Assembly: GCF_009914755.1 (NCBI RefSeq)
Contig: NC_060925.1
Reading direction: 5' to 3' (one strand)
From: the human T2T-CHM13v2.0 reference genome, Homo sapiens
Length of the DNA: 64,000 nt
Part shown: in pieces, positions 56,292 through 64,000 of the stretch
Position numbering within the stretch: the first letter of the stretch is position 1
Layout of the letters: every line of letters begins with the position of its first letter
The notes under the pieces: generated by a model
Told to the model about the DNA's origin: nothing
Databases searched by the model: none
What the model saw: the letters and a program-made list of their open reading frames with translations, nothing else
Program-made: the position numbers and the translations under genes

Positions 56292-56797
56292 TGATATAGG
56301 AGTTAAAAAGAAATTATTTAGGCAGATAGTGAGGGTAAGGAAGTCCTCAGTAAGGTTTCCTTTTAATGAAAAGCAGCCCCCAAATCATTTTCTTTTCTAA
56401 CAAAGAGCAGCCTGTAAAATGGAGCTGTAGACATAGATAGACAAGCAAGCTGGACGCTTGCACAGGTGAATGCTGGCAGCTGTGCCAATAGGAAAAGGCT
56501 ATCTGGGACTAGGCATGTTCAAAATGGCAGCTCCATCTTCCCTTCTCTGTGCCAGCCACGTGTACAATAAGGAGCAAACGAGACGGCCTGGCCAAGTGAA
56601 AAGTTCATTTGCATAATAAGATTAGGGTGGGGCAACCAGCCTTCCCTGCGGCCCTGTGTAAACGTCACACCTGGTGGAACCAATCTGTGGGCCCTACATA
56701 AATCAGACACCGCCTCCTCAAGCCTGCCTATAAAATCTGCTGCAGTCTACAGCAGGACAGCTTTTCCTTTTCAGATGCCCCTCTCTCTCACAAGAGT
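56292..56797 (+). mobile_element. ERV1 LTR (LTR9-like), 3'-truncated
   Basis: Starts TGATATAGGAGTTAAAAAGAAATTATTTAGGCAGATAGTGAGGG; CCAAT near 56680, TATAAAA near 56728; similarity ends shortly after. Confidence 0.7.
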
Positions 56798-56819
56798 GTA
56801 AATTTACAAAAGTGTAAAT

Positions 56820-57052
56820 AGACTTTTGGATTTTCTTCAAGGTACTGGATTTTAAAGACTTGTTATGAAAAAATAATGTAAAATAATGATTTTTAACGTG
56901 GATTACATGTTTAAATGATACTATGTTAGATGTATTGAGTTAAATAAAATATATGATAAACACTAATTTTACCTGTTTCTTTTCACTTTTTTTAATGTGG
57001 CTACTGGAAAATTTTATATTACATTGTGACTCATTTCTCTTGGACAGTGCTG
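56820..57052. mobile_element. MER3/MER33-like hAT-Charlie fragment
   Basis: cacttttttaatgtggctactggaaaatttt-type segment ending ttggacagtgctg. Confidence 0.7.
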
Positions 57053-57132
57053 ACTTAAAAAAGTTAAATAGAATGAACAGGTGATCTCTTTTCCCAGCTT
57101 TTGACCTATTCTAAGAACAAAGGTTATAGAGG

Positions 57133-57476
57133 TTTTTTTGTTTGTTTGTTTTTGTTTGTTGTTTTTGTTTATTGTGGGTTTTGCTTTGTTTTTGAGACAG
57201 GGTTGCACTCTGTCACCCAGGCTGTAGTGCAGTGGCAAGATCACAGCCCACTGCAACCTTAGCCTCATGGACTCAAGCGATCCTCCCACTTCAGCCTCCC
57301 GAGTAGCTGAGACTACAGGAGCATGCCACCATGCCTGGCTAATTTGTTTTTTCATTTTTTTTTTTTTTTTTGTAGAGATGAGGTCTTGCTTTGTTGCCTA
57401 GGCTGGTCTTGAACTCCTGGTCTAAAGCTATCTTCCCACTTCTGCCTTCCAAAGTCCTGGGATTACAGATGTGAGT
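57133..57476 (-). mobile_element. AluJ
   Basis: AluJ diagnostics (gatcacagcccactgca, tcaagcgatcctccc). Confidence 0.9.
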
Positions 57477-58312
57477 TTTAAACCAACAGCCTTTCTACCT
57501 GAAGTTCCCACACACACCAAGTCAATGCAGGATCACTGGTAGTGTATCCCAGGGTCGTCAGCCTTGGGCTGAACAATTTCTAATGATGGATGTCCTGCTG
57601 CTTTGCATGATGATCCTTTCAATTTCTGGACAATTCCAACTATCAGAAAGCCCTTCCTCTCATACTGGGAAAAAATTTGGCTCTTTGTTATTTCAACTTC
57701 TAAGATTTTTTCCTCTAGTGTAATTAAAATATCTCATCCTTGCCATATGTCTTTCTGTTTAAATCCATTTAAAAAGTACAAGGTAATATGTAAGGATCTA
57801 TCAACAACTATCAGCCTCTTCCGTCTTCACCAGCTCAAATCTACTCCTCCCCAGGGCGAACAGAATAATGCCTCTTCTCTCTTATTTGACACATCCTCAT
57901 TTGTCATTAGGTTTTTTTTTTTAATTGGAATATTCATTTTCCAAAATTCTGCAGATACAAGTTTGTGGAAGAAGGCAAGAGTCATGATAAGATGAAAATA
58001 TTCAGTAAGGAACTGACCTCTAAAAAGTTAGTCTGCCCTCAAACATTACTTTCAATTCAACACCAGTGTCTAGGACATAACAGATTCTCTCAAAGAGAGT
58101 GATTTAAATATCAAAGGATTGAGAAGCACCATGGGAAAATTGATGAAGCCCTTTAAAAAATGATTTTTATGATAGCATAGCAAAATTCAAATGACGTGAA
58201 TTATCTCATCATACTTCCAAAAATTTTGTCAGGAAAGGTTTTGGCAAACAAAACAGCAGCACATTTGTGTGATAGGCTGAAAAACATGGACTTCATCAAA
58301 AGTTGGAGTCTT

Positions 58313-58612
58313 GGCCAGGCACGGTGGCTCATGCCTGTAATCCCAACAATTTGTGAGGCCGAGGCAGGCGGATCACTCGAAGTCAGGAGTCTGAGACCAG
58401 CCTGGGCAACACAGTGAAAACCCGTCTCTACCAAAAATACAAAAATTAGCTGAGCATGGTGGTGCACGCCTGTAATCCCAGCTACTCAGGAGGCTGAGGC
58501 AAGAGAATCTCTTGAACCCAGGAGGTGGAGGTTGCAATGAGCTGAGATCTCACCACTGCACTCCAGCCGGGGCAACAGAGAGATACTATGTCTCAAAAAA
58601 AACCAAAAAAAA
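58313..58612 (+). mobile_element. AluS inserted in an MLT1-type LTR (about 58290-59005)
   Basis: Full-length Alu; the flank ends in ttttggggtggttgggtatgtagcagtagataac, an MLT1 terminus. Confidence 0.88.
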
Positions 58613-59373
58613 TCTGGAGTCTCTTGGTCACCCTGTGAATCTGGCCTGGTCTTGTGATTCGCTTTGGCTGATAGAATGTGATGAAAATGACAATGTATAA
58701 GTCCAGAGCTCTGGCCTCAAGATCCCTTGCAGTTTTCCCTTTTGGGCTCTCCGAATGTTCCTGCTATGGTCAAGGAAGCCTAAGCTATTCTACTGGATGG
58801 TGGGCAACTACATGGAAAGAATGGTCCCGCTGAAAAATAGCACCAACATCCTAGACCTGTGAGTGAGGCCACCTGAGACCCTCCAACCTGTTAAGCTGCC
58901 AGCTGGTTGCAGTCACATGGTTGACCCACAATTGTGAGAAATGAAAAAGTTGTTATTTTGCACTGTTACATTTTGGGGTGGTTGGGTATGTAGCAGTAGA
59001 TAACTTTGAGAACTTGATTCAGCTCTTTGTTCATTCTAAGATTAGTGCACAAGTGAAATGAAAGCCAACATTTTCATTTTTTCATAATCAACTTCCTTCT
59101 ACTCTGTTATCTCTATGACCTCTGTCCTGTGTCACCCTCTTAGACACTCTAACCACGTGGCCTCCTTTCTGTGCCTTGAACGTGCCAAGGTCAGTCCTGC
59201 CTTCGGGACTTTATTCTAGCTTTTCCCTCTGCCTAGCATGTTCTTACCTAAGATATTCACTTGCTAATTCCCTCACCTCCTACAAAGTTATTACCTCTGC
59301 AGGAGACTTGACCCCACTAGGACATTATTAACCTATGCGTTTATCTCTCAAACTTTAGTTTTATGCTTGATAT

Positions 59374-59966
59374 TGTAAACAAAAAATAAAATTCTAAGGC
59401 ATCCCAACCATCTGAATGGACAGCCAGGACTCTTAAAATTTAACCTGAGAGTCTGTTTCAGGCCATGATGGAAAGTGGGGTTCAAACATGCCTCATTATA
59501 CCTCTCCAGCATTAACTCAACACAGACTTTAAGTCTGATAGGAAACATTTTGAAACCTATTCTCTCTGAAGCCTGCTAGCTAAAAGCTTCATCTGCATGA
59601 TAAAACTTTGGTCTCCACAACCTCTTATCTTAACCCAGATATTCCTTTCTGTTTGATCTCAGGTCTTATAGACAAACTCAACCAATTGTCAACCAGAAAA
59701 TGTTTAAATTTTCCTATTCTGGAAGCCCTCCCACCCCCTACTTTGAGTTGTCCCGCCTTTGTGGACCAAACCAATGTATTTCTTAAATGTATTTGATTGA
59801 TGTCTCATGCCTCCCTAAAATGTATAAAACCAAGCTGCACCCCAGCCACCTTGGGCACATGTTCTCAAGACCTCCTGAGGGCTGTGTCATGGGCCATGGT
59901 CACTCATATTTGGCTCAGAATAAATCTCTTCAAATATGTTACAGAGTTTGACTCTTTTTGTTGACA
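59374..59966 (+). mobile_element. MER4-group ERV1 solo LTR
   Basis: TG...CA termini, perfect 4-bp TSD ATAT, TATAAAA near 59823, AATAAA near 59919. Confidence 0.88.
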
Positions 59967-60246
59967 ATATTAATCTTTCCAAGTTTTGCCCCCTGATTAC
60001 TTTTCTTTAGTTAATTCAATACATATTTGTTAGAAAATGTTAGATGAATGAATCAAGTGATCAATGGAATCATTGGAATCGATGAGCAAGGAATAGATAG
60101 GAATGTAAATTTCTTGGAAACTAAGATACTGCATTTTCTTGGATGCTACTACATTTTATCAATCCTGCATCCTTTATTTTTAAGAAGAAAAATTCCAACC
60201 CATTATTCTTCCATCCACTCCCTCTTACCACTCTTAATCCTTATAA

Positions 60247-60559
60247 GGCTGGGCGTGGTGGCTCATGCCTGTAATCCCAGCACTTTGGGAGGCCAAGGCG
60301 GGTGGATCCCGAGGTCAGGAGATTGAGACCATCCTGGCTAATACGGTGAAAACCCCGTCTCTACTAAAAAAATACAAAAAAATTTCGCCAGGCGTGGTGG
60401 CGGGCACCTGTAGTCCCAGCTACTAGGGGGGCTGAGGCAGGAGAATGGCGTGAACCTGGGAGGCGGAGCTTGCAGTGAGCCACAGTGAGCCGAGATCGCG
60501 CCACTGCACTCCAGCCTGGGTGACAGAGTGAGACTCCATCTCAAAAAAAAAAAAAAAAA
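60247..60559 (+). mobile_element. AluY with an internal 10-bp duplication
   Basis: AluY diagnostics (gagaatggcgtgaac, ggagcttgcagtg). Confidence 0.93.
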
Positions 60560-60600
60560 CAAATTCCTTTCAAGTACCTTATGATACCTCATAAGGCTTT

Positions 60601-60965
60601 TGCAGTGGTTTGAATAATTGCCCCCAAAAGTTATGCCCATGACCTCATCCCTGTAGCCTATAAATGTGATCTTACCTTGATAAAAGCTCTTTGCAGAGTA
60701 ATTAAGTTAAAGCTCTCAAGATGAGATAATCCTGGATTATCTAGGTGAGGCTGAAAGATAATGACAAATTTTTTTTTAAAGGAAATGAAAGAGGAGAAGA
60801 CAGACATAGAAGACTAGGCCACATGAAGACTAAGGCAGAGATTGGATTTATGCAGCTACATACAAGGAAAGCCTACAGCCACCAGAATCTGGAAGAGATA
60901 AGGAAGGATTTGCCACTAAAGCATTCAGAAGGTGCACGGCCCTGCTGACATCTTGATTTTGGACT
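60601..60965 (+). mobile_element. MLT1-type MaLR LTR (partial)
   Basis: tgcagtggtttgaataattgcccccaaaag...atcctggattatctaggtg...cggccctgctgacatcttgattttggact. Confidence 0.78.
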
Positions 60966-61963
60966 TTTTTGGGGACCGGGTAGCCATTATCCTTCTTCTT
61001 GATATCCAGGTTCAACTGAAGGCATAAAATGTCAAGTTCCTCAGCTCAAAATCAAAATCTCTACTCTGCCACTATCTTGGTAATTTAAGCAAATTATTCT
61101 GCCTCTTTTGGTCTAAGTTTAGTCATTTGTAATATTAAAGTGGTAAATTAGATCAGAAGATCCCAAAATGACATTTTGAGAAATTCTGTTTTGAAGGATA
61201 TGAATGGGTGTGCCCTATAACACGCCCCTGACCACAACCATCAGAGCCAGGGATGGGGGTGGATAAAGTTCTGTGTTCAAATAACTTTGGGAAATGCTGG
61301 GCCAGATATATACTATGTCGCCTAATCCCCTGACTACAGCTGATTTGGACCAGATGTAGATACTGACCCAAATTAGATTTCAGAGAATCTCTCTCTCAGG
61401 AATTTTGAATTGAGATTCAGAAATTATAGTTAGTCTTTCCTAGTTCCTAGAAATAAGGATAAATAAACTCAGGGGCTATGCACAGAAAAGTAGAGAAAGC
61501 TACACTGCAGTCAGGTGAGAATGGAGAGATATGTGGAGAGAAACAAATAGGAGATGAGACAGCCTCAGACACAGTGAAAGATGTGGGAATTATGCCAGAT
61601 GGATTTGGGGTTCTTCAGTCTTCATGAGATACTTTTATAACCATAAAATGAACTTTCTTTTTTTTTGCCTAAGCTAGTGTAAGTAAAGTTTGGTTACTTG
61701 CATCCAAAATAGCATTAACTGAGACAGGAAGATTAGCCCTTGATAGCTAACGTCTTATTGGTCCATCTAAAATATAACAGAGAAAAGAACTGGGAAACAC
61801 TAGCTGAAGTCCTAGGGTTGAGAGTTAAAGGACCAAGCAGGTAATAGAAAAGGAGAAAGCAAACTTTACATACTTCACAAGACCTTCATCATTCACATCT
61901 TAACACTGGTTTTGATAGCGGGAAATAAAATTTAGTGCATAATCCCTATTCTCAAGGATTTAA

Positions 61964-62327
<364 letters not shown>

Positions 62328-62393
62328 TCTCCTTTTTAAAATATATATTTCTTGATAGTAGTTGTGTATAACTTATAAAAAGTCATCAGGTTT

Positions 62394-62399
62394 TTTGGT

Positions 62400-62435
<36 letters not shown>

Positions 62436-62713
62436 TTTGTTTGTGACAGGATCTCGCTTTGTTGCCCAGGCTGGAGTGCAGTGGTGAGATCACAGCTCAC
62501 TGCAGCCTCGATCTCCAGGTGATCCTCCTGCCTCAACCTCTCATGTAGTGAGGACTACAGGTGTGTGCCACCATGCCTGGCTAATCTTTGTATTTTTTGT
62601 ACAGATGGGGTTTCACCATGCTGCCCAGGCTGGTCTCTAACTCCTGGGCTCAAGCAATCTGCCTGTTGGCCTCCCAAGATGTTGGAACTACAGGTATGAG
62701 CCACCAGGCCCGG
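62394..62713 (-). mobile_element. AluJ with a (TG)n tail microsatellite
   Basis: AluJ body preceded by a GT run at about 62404-62432. Confidence 0.9.
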
Positions 62714-63541
62714 ATGGGTCATCAGTTTTAATTAAGTGGAACAAAGTAGCTACTTCCATGATAACTGTAATATATAACTACGAAGAAAAAATATTTAAAG
62801 AAGTGTCTCTCCAATTTCTATGGGTTTACTAAACTTTAAAGGGTAATCTTGAGGTTGTCTTGTTCATGATGTGTTTAAAATGCTTTGTGCTCATGTGTTT
62901 AATCTCAACTCTTTAAGAGAGTCTAGCAATTTTATCTCAGGTAATTTTTCCCTACCAAGAGAAAGTTTCTATATGTGGTTTTGATCTAGAAACCACTATT
63001 GTGAAAAAAAATCAAAAAGGACACCTTTATACATCAAAGGATATTCTAATGAAAAATTTAAAACTCAGTAGGCTTTTCAGACTTCAAATAACCATATGTT
63101 GTGTTTTTCACAGCATGTCATGTTGGGCTTTAATAAGTATGGTCTCTTTTGTATTTGTAATTTCTTAAGGCATATCAGGCAAGTAGAAATGGGCTTAAAT
63201 TAAGTAGCCTTTCATGTTAGGCCTCTTGGGGGATTCCTCAGTAATACACAGCTGAAAGTATATATAACCTGTGCGTTGCTAACTTCCAACTGGGCAGTCT
63301 GTCACATCTCACCATGCCCAGGTGCCCAGGTTACCATGGTGGGAAAAAAGTCACCCCCACCTGCCCCGCTCTGCCAAAAAAAAAAAAAAAAAAAAACCAC
63401 AGCCAGGGCATTACCATAGGAAATCTGGTGAAGATCTGAGTCAAGGTCAGAACTTCAGAGAGTAGCAGAGTCCTTCAGAACAGTACTCATCAAATGGTTA
63501 TTTTAGGGAGCCAATTTTAACTTGGCAAAAATTTCTGGTGA

Positions 63542-64000
<459 letters not shown>

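Overview
Human (or close primate) genomic DNA containing the 5' part of EDEM3 (ER degradation-enhancing alpha-mannosidase-like 3, a GH47 family ERAD mannosidase) on the minus strand. I reconstructed coding exons 1-13 (39834 down to 2077). All 12 complete introns have GT-AG boundaries, and the exons join in phase into 1370 nt (codons 1-457), covering the signal peptide and most of the GH47 domain; the gene continues beyond base 1. A CpG-island promoter lies at about 39300-40560, followed by about 23 kb of repeat-rich upstream DNA (Alu, MIR, L1, L2, MER1B, MST, THE1B, MER4-group and LTR9-like LTRs). I see no second gene, RNA gene, CRISPR array or foreign DNA, and cannot support a wholly new biological system. 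The best leads are post-transcriptional. (i) A consensus alternative donor 75 nt past exon 4 would insert an in-frame, transmembrane-like peptide. (ii) The 5' leader has a single 7-codon uORF and is stop-free in frame with the CDS, with near-cognate starts. (iii) Introns 5 and 9 each carry a candidate cryptic or poison exon. (iv) A local templated duplication preserves both the filled and the empty site of a MER1B insertion. Repeat subfamily names come from recalled consensus sequences and repeat ends are approximate.
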